Origin: a virus
DNA length: 64,000 nucleotides
Reading direction: 5' to 3' (one strand)
Virus record (IMG/VR): IMGVR_UViG_3300007512_000025
Location: 13,428-77,427 of that record
A model generated the notes under the pieces. The model saw only the letters and a list, made by a program, of their open reading frames with translations, did not search any database and had not been told where the DNA came from. Positions 19,541-30,055 of this stretch are shown here, piece after piece; position 1 is the stretch's first letter, and each line of letters starts with the position of its first letter. Made by a program: the position numbers and the translations under genes.

Positions 19541-20311
19541 ATGCAGGAATTGGTGGTTGGGTGTACCATTGAGGCGTTGCGCCATGCATTTGAGCGCGAC
19601 CTTCCACTGGTCTATCTCAACCCCAAGCCGCCCCACCGATTTACTGGTGACACAGAAGAATGGCATCATTTATACTTTTGTCTTTCCTTGGCAGGACAAA
19701 TAAAATTTGGCAATAAAATTTCTCAAATCAGAATATCTGACGAAGGACTAAGAATGACTGTTGGGCACCGTGTTCATGTTGTTCAGGCTTCTTCGTTTCT
19801 TATGTTTGATGATGGGAGTGTCGATGGGTTACCTTCTGCTGAAAGGTCTGACCCGCTCAACGAAGTCTTGGACTGGATTGATGTGCGAAGCGGTATGAAG
19901 CATGATTTTCATAGAATTCATATATACAATTCGCCATTCATCGTGGGGGTAAATTTTTATCCATCCGAGAGGATTGATGGCAATCATGACCTGATGGATG
20001 CGTGTACTATAAGCTATCTTACCGACGAACAGTTGCAAGACTTTGAATATTCAGAATTGATAACCAGAATCAAGACAGAAGAAATAATGAAAGAGGCTGG
20101 AATCAAAGGCACTGGCAATGGTGCGGGCAGGTTTTTGCCCTTGAAGTTAGAGTCCCGCGTGAGAGAGGTGTACCCGAAGGGGGTCAATCTCTATTCAGAA
20201 TTGCCCGATGGTATTAAGATTATGGGTAGTTCATCAGTCAGGTATCCGCACTCAAAAAGTGGATATCTAAATTATTTAATTAAAGGTGTGCGGTGTGATA
20301 GAGAGCGGTGA
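19541..20311 (+). CDS. Hypothetical protein
   Basis: 256-aa ORF overlapping the next gene. Confidence 0.55.
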   Translation: MQELVVGCTIEALRHAFERDLPLVYLNPKPPHRFTGDTEEWHHLYFCLSLAGQIKFGNKISQIRISDEGLRMTVGHRVHVVQASSFLMFDDGSVDGLPSAERSDPLNEVLDWIDVRSGMKHDFHRIHIYNSPFIVGVNFYPSERIDGNHDLMDACTISYLTDEQLQDFEYSELITRIKTEEIMKEAGIKGTGNGAGRFLPLKLESRVREVYPKGVNLYSELPDGIKIMGSSSVRYPHSKSGYLNYLIKGVRCDRER

Positions 20312-21173
20312 ACAAAACACTTCAGCCTTTCACTTGGCGGGGCTGGTTCCCGTGGCTGGTCAGCCGCTGGACTTCGATATGCCGTGGCACGATTCCTTGA
20401 TGCCGATAGGAAAAAATTATCTGGCAGTGGAGCGAGCAGTGCTGGAATGTGCGTGGGCTGGGTCAGAAACTATCTGGGTCGTGTGCCATAGGGACATGCA
20501 GCCACTAATTAAAGAGCGCATGGGGGAGTGGATTTTTGACCCCAACTCGCTGCTGCAAAAGGGAATCTTTCAATCTGAGAAGCGCAGGCGCATTCCGATT
20601 TACTATGTTCCCGTGCATCCGAAGGACAGAGACAGAAGGGATTGCTTAGGGTGGTCAGCCTTGTACGGTGCGCTCAGTGCCTATTATATTTCTAAGCGCA
20701 TCAGTAAGTGGCTCATCCCAGATAAATTTTATTGTGCATTTCCATACGGAATCTATAATCCCGAATTGCTCAAAAATTTTCGCCGCAAAATTTCCAGAAA
20801 CGGAACTTTTTGCTTGACATACAAAGGCGGTTCTGTTATAACAGGTGAGTATTTGGGATTTACCTTCGATGGTGAAGATTTCAAGAGATGTAGGAGAAGG
20901 GTGCGTGAAGAAGGAACGTCTTTGCACGATTCAGACGGAAATCGCTTGCCAATTGAAAAAAGATGGTCTGCAAGAAACTTTTCCCTTGACAAAGTGTTCT
21001 CAGATGTTATAATAGATATAGATTCAAAGTTTGAGGTTCCGTGGTATCACAGAGTGGACTCATGGGATGGATTGACTGAATATTGGTCGGGTGGCGAGTC
21101 ACTAACAAAGCCCGATTTCTTTAAACCAAAAAAGTGGAATAAAATGGGAGGATTGGGTGCAGAATCAGATTGA
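20286..21173 (+). CDS. Nucleotidyltransferase-like (sugar-phosphate NTP-transferase fold), divergent
   Basis: AGLVPVAG...SLMPIG...ECAWAGSETIWVV matches the N-terminal half of NTP_transferase proteins; the GxGTR motif is absent. Confidence 0.5.
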   Translation: MCGVIESGEQNTSAFHLAGLVPVAGQPLDFDMPWHDSLMPIGKNYLAVERAVLECAWAGSETIWVVCHRDMQPLIKERMGEWIFDPNSLLQKGIFQSEKRRRIPIYYVPVHPKDRDRRDCLGWSALYGALSAYYISKRISKWLIPDKFYCAFPYGIYNPELLKNFRRKISRNGTFCLTYKGGSVITGEYLGFTFDGEDFKRCRRRVREEGTSLHDSDGNRLPIEKRWSARNFSLDKVFSDVIIDIDSKFEVPWYHRVDSWDGLTEYWSGGESLTKPDFFKPKKWNKMGGLGAESD

Positions 21174-21405
21174 GAGAACCTTTGACGATATGTCTTATAC
21201 AGATAAGGAAATGGCGGGGCTACCAGTAAGGTATTTTTTGCTTGACACCAACATAAAATTATTTTTGGAAAATTTCGTTGAATCACTTGACAAACCCGAC
21301 CAATCTGATAATATAGAGGATGTCACAATGGCGCGAGAGTTAATGGTTGAGGCGTCCGAGATTTTACTGGTTGCTATTAAGAGGATGTGTCCTGATGCGA
21401 AATAA
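21157..21405 (+). CDS. Hypothetical protein
   Basis: Short ORF overlapping both neighbours; GGGAG SD. Confidence 0.4.
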   Translation: MQNQIERTFDDMSYTDKEMAGLPVRYFLLDTNIKLFLENFVESLDKPDQSDNIEDVTMARELMVEASEILLVAIKRMCPDAK

Positions 21406-24400
21406 TTCTACTATTCCATTCGTTGGGCTTCACGCTCACTCTGTGGCGGGTTCTCCGTTCGATGCGCTTGGTTACCCCCAAGAGCATATGGACTACGCTT
21501 ATAATAATGGCATGGAAGCCCTTGCGCTAACCGACCACGGCAACTGCAATGGCTTGGCTCATCAAGTCTTGCACACGAAGAAGATGCGAGCCGAAGGAAA
21601 AGAATTTAAGCCGATTTACGGTGTTGAGGCGTATTTCCATCCGTCCATCGCGGGCTGGAAGGACGATTATGATGAAGCCAAGAAAGTCAAGAAGAATGCT
21701 TCTGCACTCAAGGACGGCAGCACAGGCGGCGCAGTGGTCGAAGACGAACAGAGGCACTTCAAGGGGCTGGTGAATCGTCGCAATCATCTTATTCTGCTGG
21801 CTCAGAACCAGACAGGCTTGAATAACATTTTCAAGATGGTGTCAGACTCGTTCTCAGGCGATAACTACTATCGCTTCCCCCGTGTTGATTATGAATTGCT
21901 TGCCAAGCACTCTGAGGGCGTTATCGCCGCCTCTGCGTGCCTTGGTGGGGTTTATGCTGGCTGCATGTGGCGAAACGCAGTATATGACGATGAGGGCAAT
22001 CGGACACGCTTCGATGAAGTGGGGATTCTTGCTGATATGCGGGAAACAACAAGCCAGATGCAAGAGATTTTTGGTGACCGCTGGTATGGCGAACTTCAGT
22101 GGAATAATATTCCAGAGCAGCATCTATTGAACCAGTACATTATTAAAATGTCCGAAGAATTTGGCATGAAGCTGATTTCTACGGCTGATAGTCACTATCC
22201 AAATCCAGATGCATGGAAAGACCGTATTCTTTATAAGAGGCTTGGCTGGCTGGGTCGCAAGGACGAGGTTCCCTCCGAGTTGCCTGCGGGCTTGGATGAG
22301 GTTGGCTATGAGTTGTATCCCAAGAATGGCGACCAGATGTGGGAATCATATTTAAACTATTCTAAGGAATGTGACGTTGACTATAATGATGACGTTGTAA
22401 GGGCTTCTATCACAGAGACTCACAACATTGCGATGAATCTCATCGAGAATTTTCTACCAGACTCTACTGTGCGCCTCCCAGACTTTGTTGTGCCCGAGGG
22501 CAAGACTGCAACACAGGCTTTGGTGGCACTGTGCTTGGACGGGATGCGGAGCATGGGGTTGATGGAGAAGCCCGAGTATGTGGCACGCCTGAAGAAAGAA
22601 CTTGAAATCATCGACAGCCGTGGGTTCAGCAAATATTTCTTGACTATGAAGGCGGTCGCTGACAAGGCTGTTGAAACTCAGCTTGTTGGTCCGGGTCGCG
22701 GCTCCGCTGCTGGCTCGCTTGCATCTTATGTCTTGAACATCACGCAAGTTGACCCCATTAAGTACGGTCTGCTGTTCAGCCGCTTCATGCGTTCCGATGC
22801 GAAGGACTACCCCGACATTGATTATGATGTTGCGGAGCCTATGGAGTTGAAGGAGCGTCTGGCAGAAGAATGGGGCAGGAATACGGTTGTTCCTATCTCT
22901 AATTGGAACACTCTACAGCTTCGCTCTCTGATTAAGGACATCTCAAAATTCTATCAGATTCCGTTTGTCGAGGTGAACGCCGTGACGGGACGGATGCTGC
23001 ATGAGGCTACTCCCAAAGCAAAGCGCAAACACGGCATCACAGCGGGCGTCTATGCTCCCACCTTTGAAGAAGTAATGGAGTTCTCAGAAACGCTCCAGTC
23101 GTTCTTGCGGAAGTATCCACACGTCAAAACACACGTCGAGGCGTTGTACGGGCAGGTTCGTTCTTGCTCTCGCCACGCGGGTGGCGTTGTGATTGCCGAA
23201 AACTTGGATAAGTACATGCCGCTTATTACTAGCGGGGGTGTGCGACAGGCTCCGTGGTCAGAGGGTCAGAATGTTCGACATCTTGAGCCAATGGGGTTTA
23301 TTAAGTTCGATATCCTTGGACTGGCTTCACTCCGCATGATGCACAACTGTATTAAGAATATTCTTCGCAGGCATCATGGAAATGATAATCCGACCTTTAA
23401 CGAAGTTCGTGATTTCTATGACAAGCAGCTTCACCCAGATGTTATAAATTTTGATGACCAAGATGTTTATGAAAATATTTTTCACAAGGGTCGTTGGGCA
23501 GGAATCTTTCAGTTTACTGAAGCCGGGGCACAAACATTTTGTGTCAATGCGAAGCCGAGAAGTATCATTGATATTTCTGCCATCACTTCTATCTTTCGTC
23601 CGGGTCCGTTGTCGGCAAAGGTCGATAAGAATTATGTCGAAGCCAAGGAGAATCCCGCTGGCATTAAGTATCTCAATGATACCGTCCGTGAGGTGACCGA
23701 AGAAACTTTTGGCTTCCTTATCTTCCAAGAGCAGATTGCATTGCTGGCTCACAAGCTGGGCGGCTTGACGCTCGATGAGGGCAACATGCTTCGCAAGGTT
23801 CTGACCAAGAAGGGCACGGGCAAGGGCAACATTAAAATTAAGTTGCGCGATAAGTTTGTTGGTGGCTGTTCTGAGAAGGGCATCTCTGTGCGAGATTCGG
23901 AAAAGCTTTGGGAGACATTTGAGTTCTTCTCGGGCTATGGCTTCAATAAGTCGCACGCCGTTTCATACAGCATTCTGTCTTATCAGTGCGCTTGGTTGTT
24001 CCACTACTATCCAGTAGAATGGATTGCTGCGTTCTTGGACAAGGAGCCAGAGTCCCGCAAGGAGCGTGCTATCAATGCTGCGAAGAAGATGGGCTTTGAG
24101 GTTGTGCCGATTGACATTAATATGTCTGATAGGGACTGGCAGATTGCCGATGACACTACGCTGGTGCAACCATTTTCTTCTGTGAAGGGCTTGGGCGATG
24201 CAGCGATTGACCAAATACTAAACAATCGACCGTTTACTGATATTGAACACTTTCTTTTCAACGACGATATGGTTTATTCTAAGCTGAACAAGAAGGCGCT
24301 GGATGTGTTAGTTCGGAGTCAAGCATTAAATAGCCTGATGGATGAACGGTTCACTGGTCGGAAACACTTTTGGTCGGTCGTAGCGGTTGACAGGGCAAAG

Positions 24401-24829
24401 ACCAAGAAGAAGTTTGGTGAAAATATTGAGTTGTATGCACCCGAGGCTGACTTTACTGATGAAGAAATGATTGAACATCAGGTCGATTTGACTGGCATCT
24501 TTCCGTTTGAGTTGGTAATTACTGGTGATGTTCTTGAAACGCTCGACTCTTGTGGGTGCCCCCCGCTTGGTGAGTTTGACCCTGAGCTAAAGATTGCTTG
24601 GTTCATCCCTCGGGAGATTATTGAGAAGAAGACAAAGAACGGGAAGGATTACTGGATTGTAAAGGTAATTGATTCAACTAGTTCTGTTGCTTCTATCAAG
24701 TGCTGGGGGATTAAAAAGGGTGTAGACAATCTTTTTATTAACAGACCGTACATGGCTAAGTTAGACTATAGTGAGCAGTGGGGCTTTAGTACCAGAAGTA
24801 TTCGACACAATTTCCGTCTGTTGGCATAA
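21395..24829 (+). CDS. dnaE: DNA polymerase III alpha subunit
   Basis: PHP domain (HAHS, TDHG, ADSHY), GRGSAAGS, PDIDYD, HAGG, KFDILGL, YGFNKSH. Confidence 0.95.
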   Translation: MRNNSTIPFVGLHAHSVAGSPFDALGYPQEHMDYAYNNGMEALALTDHGNCNGLAHQVLHTKKMRAEGKEFKPIYGVEAYFHPSIAGWKDDYDEAKKVKKNASALKDGSTGGAVVEDEQRHFKGLVNRRNHLILLAQNQTGLNNIFKMVSDSFSGDNYYRFPRVDYELLAKHSEGVIAASACLGGVYAGCMWRNAVYDDEGNRTRFDEVGILADMRETTSQMQEIFGDRWYGELQWNNIPEQHLLNQYIIKMSEEFGMKLISTADSHYPNPDAWKDRILYKRLGWLGRKDEVPSELPAGLDEVGYELYPKNGDQMWESYLNYSKECDVDYNDDVVRASITETHNIAMNLIENFLPDSTVRLPDFVVPEGKTATQALVALCLDGMRSMGLMEKPEYVARLKKELEIIDSRGFSKYFLTMKAVADKAVETQLVGPGRGSAAGSLASYVLNITQVDPIKYGLLFSRFMRSDAKDYPDIDYDVAEPMELKERLAEEWGRNTVVPISNWNTLQLRSLIKDISKFYQIPFVEVNAVTGRMLHEATPKAKRKHGITAGVYAPTFEEVMEFSETLQSFLRKYPHVKTHVEALYGQVRSCSRHAGGVVIAENLDKYMPLITSGGVRQAPWSEGQNVRHLEPMGFIKFDILGLASLRMMHNCIKNILRRHHGNDNPTFNEVRDFYDKQLHPDVINFDDQDVYENIFHKGRWAGIFQFTEAGAQTFCVNAKPRSIIDISAITSIFRPGPLSAKVDKNYVEAKENPAGIKYLNDTVREVTEETFGFLIFQEQIALLAHKLGGLTLDEGNMLRKVLTKKGTGKGNIKIKLRDKFVGGCSEKGISVRDSEKLWETFEFFSGYGFNKSHAVSYSILSYQCAWLFHYYPVEWIAAFLDKEPESRKERAINAAKKMGFEVVPIDINMSDRDWQIADDTTLVQPFSSVKGLGDAAIDQILNNRPFTDIEHFLFNDDMVYSKLNKKALDVLVRSQALNSLMDERFTGRKHFWSVVAVDRAKTKKKFGENIELYAPEADFTDEEMIEHQVDLTGIFPFELVITGDVLETLDSCGCPPLGEFDPELKIAWFIPREIIEKKTKNGKDYWIVKVIDSTSSVASIKCWGIKKGVDNLFINRPYMAKLDYSEQWGFSTRSIRHNFRLLA

Positions 24830-24840
24830 AGGAGAAAATA

Positions 24841-25065
24841 ATGAGTAAAGATGAAAAAAGATACCCGAAGGAAATGCTTCAGGGTAAAACAAAAGATGAG
24901 TTGATTGAACTTGTCGATATGCTTCAAGAGACAGTGGCAATGTTGGACTTTCTTATTGCCGAATACGAGGCGATGCAGGAGTCTGTCGGCAGGTCGTTTA
25001 AAGATAAGCTGGTGGAGCATTTTAAAAACACTGTCATAGACAACATAGAAACAGGAGAGGCTTAA
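24841..25065 (+). CDS. Hypothetical coiled-coil protein
   Basis: AAGGAG SD; operonic position. Confidence 0.55.
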   Translation: MSKDEKRYPKEMLQGKTKDELIELVDMLQETVAMLDFLIAEYEAMQESVGRSFKDKLVEHFKNTVIDNIETGEA

Positions 25066-25395
25066 ATGGCTGAAGATAATGGTAAAGACGGCAGCAACGT
25101 GTTTAACTTCGACGCTTTTAAAAAGGCGATGGATGAGTTAAATAAGCAGAAGGCTGCTGCACAAGAAGATAAGAAGAATCAGGAGACAAAAGCTGCCCCT
25201 GATGATTTCGTGAATATCCTTGAGGCATTTGGTGAGTTGTTCAAGCCGCCATCGCAGGAGGAAATTAATAAAGCAGCGGCACAATTTGCTGACTCGCTGG
25301 AGAACGCTGCGAAGGTCATCCGCGCAATGCAGCAGCCCGCCGCTGACGGCACCGAAGATGACGGTGACAACGGCGATGAAGGCGGTGAAGCATGA
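25066..25395 (+). CDS. Hypothetical protein
   Basis: GGAG SD; operonic position. Confidence 0.55.
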   Translation: MAEDNGKDGSNVFNFDAFKKAMDELNKQKAAAQEDKKNQETKAAPDDFVNILEAFGELFKPPSQEEINKAAAQFADSLENAAKVIRAMQQPAADGTEDDGDNGDEGGEA

Positions 25396-25874
25396 TGATA
25401 GAGTATGTAAGGCTTCGTCCCGATGTTCGACCACCAGAGCGAGCAAACCCTTCAGATGCTGGTCTGGATGTTTACTGGTGCCCATCCGATGCCGCCACGA
25501 TTGCTAAGGTGGTACGAGCGGGAGGAAGTGTTTTGTTGGAAACGGGATTGAAATTTGGTGTGCCTCATGGGTACATGCTGGAGGTCAAGAACCGCTCAAG
25601 TGTTGCTGCCAAGCGCCACTTACTGGTTGGAGCCTGTGTAGTTGACAGCGGTTACGACGGTGAGGTCTTCGTTAATCTTCACAATGTTGGAATCGAAACA
25701 GAGCATGTTGAACCTTATGAGAAGATTGCCCAGTTGGTTATGACTCCCGTCGTACACTTCCGAGCAGTTGAGACAAGGCAGGACAATTTATACGATTGGT
25801 ATCCTATTACAATGAGTGACCGTGGCGACGGCGCATTGGGTTCGACCAACCAGAATCCACTGGTGGAGGACTGA
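25392..25874 (+). CDS. dut: Trimeric dUTPase
   Basis: DAGLD, NRSS, VVDSGYDGEV, IAQLV, RGDGALGST. Confidence 0.92.
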   Translation: MMIEYVRLRPDVRPPERANPSDAGLDVYWCPSDAATIAKVVRAGGSVLLETGLKFGVPHGYMLEVKNRSSVAAKRHLLVGACVVDSGYDGEVFVNLHNVGIETEHVEPYEKIAQLVMTPVVHFRAVETRQDNLYDWYPITMSDRGDGALGSTNQNPLVED

Positions 25875-26164
25875 TGGGAAGCATGAAGCGAGGCGTTGAA
25901 CGAAAGAAAGCCCAAAAGAAAGAGAAGCAACTAAAGAAAGAGGTGGCGCAGAAGATGAATATGTTTTCTCGGTTACCAGAGGCGTGCTTGTCGTGCCTCT
26001 CTCCCTTTGACAAAACTAATGGGGAGATGGTCAAGACATGGACGGTGGTTGTGAAAGAGGCACAAAAGAAAGTAAATTTATATTGCCCAGATTGTTGGCA
26101 AACAGCGACAACAGTTGTTAAAGATTTTTATAAGGAAAAAGGGCAAAATGAACAACAGGATTAA
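25874..26164 (+). CDS. Hypothetical Cys-rich protein
   Basis: CLSC...CPDC. Confidence 0.55.
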   Translation: MGSMKRGVERKKAQKKEKQLKKEVAQKMNMFSRLPEACLSCLSPFDKTNGEMVKTWTVVVKEAQKKVNLYCPDCWQTATTVVKDFYKEKGQNEQQD

Positions 26165-27191
26165 AGAGGTACTTGCATACGACGATGTGCTGTTAGTCCC
26201 TCAGTACAGTGATATCGAATCGAGGCGTCAAATTGATGTTGGCGGTACGTTATCAAGCACGCGCCTGCGCCTGCCTATAATTTCCAGCCCAATGGACACC
26301 GTGACAGAGTGGAGCATGTGTCATTCGATGGACAAGGCGGGTGCCATCGGAATCATCCACCGATACAACTCGGTTGACGAGCAGGTATCGCACGTCTACA
26401 AGGCTTTCCAAGCTGGGGCAAAGAACGTCGGCGCCGCTGTGGGTGTCACTGGAGACTATCTGGACAGGGCGATTGCGCTCTGCGACGAAGGCGTCCAAGT
26501 TATTTGCGTGGATGTGGCTCATGGTCACCATGCTCTTGTCGAGGGTGCAATCAAAAGTTTGCGCGACAGTCTCGGAGACGATGCCCATATCATGGCTGGC
26601 AATGTGGCAACCTTGGCTGGGTTCAACGCTTTGGCTGAGTGGGGTGCAGATTCCGTGAGGTGTAATATAGGCAGCGGTTCCATCTGTACAACGAGAATTC
26701 AGACTGGTCATGGCGTACCGGGCTTGCATACAATTTTTGAATGTGCGGCAAGCGAGTGGGCTGGCGATGTTAAGATTATCGCGGATGGCGGCGTCAAGAA
26801 TTCTGGAGATATTGTCAAGGCTCTTGCGGCAGGCGCAGACTTTGTGATGCTTGGCTCGCTTCTTGCAGGAACGACAGAAGCACCGGGCGAGTTGATTCAG
26901 AATTTTGGTAACAAGCAGGGTAATAGTCGGAAAGTTTATCGAGGTATGGCAAGTGCCGATGCCCAGAACGAATGGCGAGGGCACACGTCAAGCTTGGAGG
27001 GTGTCGCAACAACTATACCATACAAGGGAAGGGTTGGAGAAATCCTAACCAAGCTGGAAGGTGGAGTCCGAAGTGGATTGTCATACTCCGGTGCCCGCAC
27101 AGTTGACGAACTTCACAGGCGAGCAGTCTTCATTCGCCAGACCGATGCGGGCAGAACAGAAAGCGATGCCCATGTGATAAGTGTGGGCTAA
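26148..27191 (+). CDS. guaB: IMP dehydrogenase / GMP reductase (no CBS domains)
   Basis: [41 protein letters not shown]. Confidence 0.8.
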   Translation: MNNRIKEVLAYDDVLLVPQYSDIESRRQIDVGGTLSSTRLRLPIISSPMDTVTEWSMCHSMDKAGAIGIIHRYNSVDEQVSHVYKAFQAGAKNVGAAVGVTGDYLDRAIALCDEGVQVICVDVAHGHHALVEGAIKSLRDSLGDDAHIMAGNVATLAGFNALAEWGADSVRCNIGSGSICTTRIQTGHGVPGLHTIFECAASEWAGDVKIIADGGVKNSGDIVKALAAGADFVMLGSLLAGTTEAPGELIQNFGNKQGNSRKVYRGMASADAQNEWRGHTSSLEGVATTIPYKGRVGEILTKLEGGVRSGLSYSGARTVDELHRRAVFIRQTDAGRTESDAHVISVG

Positions 27192-27517
27192 TGGATTACG
27201 GCGGCAATAAAAAGAAGATAGTGTTTTATGACACTGATGACCGACACGTTGCTCTAAAGATAAAGTTGCAGTATCATGGCATGACACAAGCAGCATTTTT
27301 CAGGGCGGTGGTATCGGGGTTGATTGACGATGATGAATACTTTTCTGACTTTCTACGCTCTCACAAGGAGAGCAGTGACGTTCAGAGTAAGCGGCAGCGA
27401 AATGCGGTAAGCAAGGAAGAAGAAGCCGCAGGGAAAATAAAAAATTCTTTTTCACTAAAGACAGACGAGATTAGTGATATTTTTGATTTAATTGAGAAGG
27501 AGCATCCAGACCTATGA
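27191..27517 (+). CDS. Hypothetical protein
   Basis: Operonic ORF with TAATG overlap. Confidence 0.55.
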   Translation: MDYGGNKKKIVFYDTDDRHVALKIKLQYHGMTQAAFFRAVVSGLIDDDEYFSDFLRSHKESSDVQSKRQRNAVSKEEEAAGKIKNSFSLKTDEISDIFDLIEKEHPDL

Positions 27518-27759
27518 GAGAATGTAGTAAAGCGTGTGAGCGGTGGAACGAGCCATGTCCAAAAGAGAATTCCGATTGCCGATATTGGATTAACTATGAG
27601 GATGACTTAAACTGTACGTTCGTTGCAGTGGAGAAAAACGGACCGATGACTTTGCGGGACGTGGCGAAGCGAGAAGGCATTTCACATGTGCGTGTAAGTC
27701 AAATTGAGGACAAGCTAATGCCCATGATGCGTAGAAAATTTAAGGATTACGCACCATAG
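27514..27759 (+). CDS. Small Cys-rich protein with sigma70 region-4 HTH
   Basis: PMTLRDVAKREGISHVRVSQIE matches the region 4.2 pattern. Confidence 0.65.
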   Translation: MRECSKACERWNEPCPKENSDCRYWINYEDDLNCTFVAVEKNGPMTLRDVAKREGISHVRVSQIEDKLMPMMRRKFKDYAP

Positions 27760-27875
27760 AGATATAAATTCGCTTTAGTGTTCGTCCGTTTTGCATACAG
27801 CGCACTATTTAATAAGTGATACACGATACAGCCTTTGAAGCGGCTGAAATTTAAACTGTTTAGGAGATTACAAAC

Positions 27876-28367
27876 ATGAGTAAAAAGAAGTTGCTTGAAG
27901 AGGCACAGGTAAGAAGAATGTTCCAGTTGTCTGGAATTCCCGCAATTGGCGAAAGCTTTATTTCAGATAAGTTTTCACGTTTTAATGAGGAAGACGAGGA
28001 AGAAGCACCCGTCGAAGACCCTTTGGCTGGAGGCGAAGAAGAAGACCCTCTTGCAGCCGACGCTGAGGCTCCTGTCGATGCCCCTGTCGAAGACCCCGCC
28101 GCTGGCGGTGAGATTCCCCAAGACAAGGTGGAAGCTATCGTTGATGCTGTGCTTGCTGGTATCGAACAAGAAACTGGTGTTCCTCTTGAGCGCGTTCCCG
28201 AAGAAGGAGCAGAGGTTCCTGTCGAAGACCCAATGGCTGGTGGCGAGGAAGAAATTGCTGCCGCAGCAGGGGAAGAAGAAGACCCCATGGCTATGGAGCG
28301 CAGAGTGGTTAATGAAGTAGCACGAAGGGTGGCACGACGGCTCGTTCGTATGTCCCGCAAGAAGTGA
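27876..28367 (+). CDS. Acidic protein, probable head core/scaffold-like
   Basis: Very Glu/Asp/Pro-rich with LLEE/VVNE sites; preceded by the ACTATTTA motif. Confidence 0.5.
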   Translation: MSKKKLLEEAQVRRMFQLSGIPAIGESFISDKFSRFNEEDEEEAPVEDPLAGGEEEDPLAADAEAPVDAPVEDPAAGGEIPQDKVEAIVDAVLAGIEQETGVPLERVPEEGAEVPVEDPMAGGEEEIAAAAGEEEDPMAMERRVVNEVARRVARRLVRMSRKK

Positions 28368-28412
28368 AATATTCCCCCCGAATGATATGAATATTTAACA
28401 ACGTGCGATTTC

Positions 28413-28446
28413 AAGAAAGCAGGCACATGTGTCTGCTTTCTTTTTA
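28413..28446 (+). terminator. Rho-independent terminator
   Basis: AAGAAAGCAGGCAC / GTGTCTGCTTTCTT inverted repeat followed by a T-run. Confidence 0.65.
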
Positions 28447-28476
28447 TCTACCAACAACGGTAAGAGAGGGAACAAC

Positions 28477-28842
28477 ATGACAGATACATTTATTATTGGA
28501 GTCACAGCATTTTTTGCTGGCTGGGTGGCTAATGGTGCAATTAGCAGACTATATATTAGTGGAAAGCTAATCATGCTTGCCGCAATAGCTGAAAGGAAAA
28601 GCCTTACGATGTTAGGTCGCGCACATGAACATTATTACCAGTCATTACACATGCTGAAAACAGCGGGTGAGGCGACTGAGCGCGATAATGAAATAATTCG
28701 TGTCATCAACAGTCTAGAGTTTAGTCACAAGCAGTGGCAAAAGTCTTCTGTACAAGCTATTTACGAGGCACACCCCTATAAACAAGGGGTGAAGTGGTAT
28801 GACTGGCGCACGGCTATGCAAACTTTAGAAAAGAAAAGATAA
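28477..28842 (+). CDS. Hypothetical membrane-anchored protein
   Basis: N-terminal TM helix. Confidence 0.55.
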   Translation: MTDTFIIGVTAFFAGWVANGAISRLYISGKLIMLAAIAERKSLTMLGRAHEHYYQSLHMLKTAGEATERDNEIIRVINSLEFSHKQWQKSSVQAIYEAHPYKQGVKWYDWRTAMQTLEKKR

Positions 28843-28859
28843 AAAAGGAGAGTCTACAA

Positions 28860-30050
28860 ATGAAGTTAAAATATGATGCACTCAAGAGAATGGTTCTGGA
28901 AGAATTAGGAAAAGACACTTCCCTTATAGAATCTCCTGAGATGCTTGCAGAAAAGAGTATCTTAAAAAATAAGCACCCCTTCAAGGCTATTTTTATCTTT
29001 GGACCAGCAGGGGCAGGCAAGTCTTTCTTGTCCAAGCAAATCGGCATTCCAAAGGACTTTGTTGTCTCCAATCCAGATGAGCGTATTGAAGATGTATTCC
29101 CGACCTTCGGAATGAGCATGGACTTCCGTCAAGGCACGTTCGACCGAGGCGCAGAAAAGCAGTCTAGCCCAATCGCAAAGGCTCAACAGACAGCCCGTGA
29201 AGTTTTACAGAACGCATCCCAAGGTCACACTCACAATATGCTTTCAATTGCAAACCCTATTGTGTTTGATACGACTGGCGAGGATGTGGGAAAGATTGTG
29301 AAGCGCATGAAGAATCTTATGAAAATCGGCTATGATGTTGCAGTCTTTCAGGTTAATGTGCCTGTCGATGTTTCCGTTAGCCGCGATGACAACCGAAAGC
29401 GAACCGTTGGCGAGCCAACGAAGACAATCTCCGCAGACTATCAGAAGCAGGTTGTCCAAGAGCGTGGATACTTTAAGGCGCTAGCAGACCAGCCATATGC
29501 TACTATGCTTGGTGGGGATATTTATGCAAACTTATATGACCTTCGTGACAACAGCTTGCTTCCCGGTATTACCGATGAGCATGTCAACGCAATGAAGACG
29601 GTGGACGGTAAGCCGTTCACAGCCGAATATGCAGCCAGCTTATTGGCATCGGCACGAAACGACCTTGAAAACTGGGCAACCGCAGAGCCAAAAAACCCCA
29701 CAGGTCAGACTATTTTATCTGGGATGAAGGCGTTGGTTAAAGTTTCCGGCGGCAAGCTTGGGCAGAACATGCTTGATTTTGGCTCCGCTGCTAAAGCTGG
29801 CGTTGCCACCGATGACCCAGCCGTTGTGCAGGCGACGAAACTCATTGCAGACATGGGCGGCGTCGAGGTTCCGCTTGCAGGCTCTCAGCGTGGTCGCAAG
29901 CAGCCGGGTGAGAAATTTGGTGTCGATGGCAAGGACGGCAAAGACCCGTCGATTCGCGACTTGGCTCCAGATGCACCAGTTAACGAACAGAAGCTTGCGG
30001 CTAAAATCGAAAGGGCTATCTGGGAGATGATGAAAAACAGTTCATCATAA
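28860..30050 (+). CDS. P-loop kinase (zeta-toxin / AAA_33-like)
   Basis: KAIFIFGPAGAGKS, NPD, IVFDTTG, R...R lid. Confidence 0.65.
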   Translation: MKLKYDALKRMVLEELGKDTSLIESPEMLAEKSILKNKHPFKAIFIFGPAGAGKSFLSKQIGIPKDFVVSNPDERIEDVFPTFGMSMDFRQGTFDRGAEKQSSPIAKAQQTAREVLQNASQGHTHNMLSIANPIVFDTTGEDVGKIVKRMKNLMKIGYDVAVFQVNVPVDVSVSRDDNRKRTVGEPTKTISADYQKQVVQERGYFKALADQPYATMLGGDIYANLYDLRDNSLLPGITDEHVNAMKTVDGKPFTAEYAASLLASARNDLENWATAEPKNPTGQTILSGMKALVKVSGGKLGQNMLDFGSAAKAGVATDDPAVVQATKLIADMGGVEVPLAGSQRGRKQPGEKFGVDGKDGKDPSIRDLAPDAPVNEQKLAAKIERAIWEMMKNSSS

Positions 30051-30055
30051 AATAT

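Noticed and set aside
12466-24829. Inteins or introns in recA, helicase, nrdJ or dnaE
   Set aside because: Lengths are normal and no C...HN intein ends or LAGLIDADG motifs were seen.
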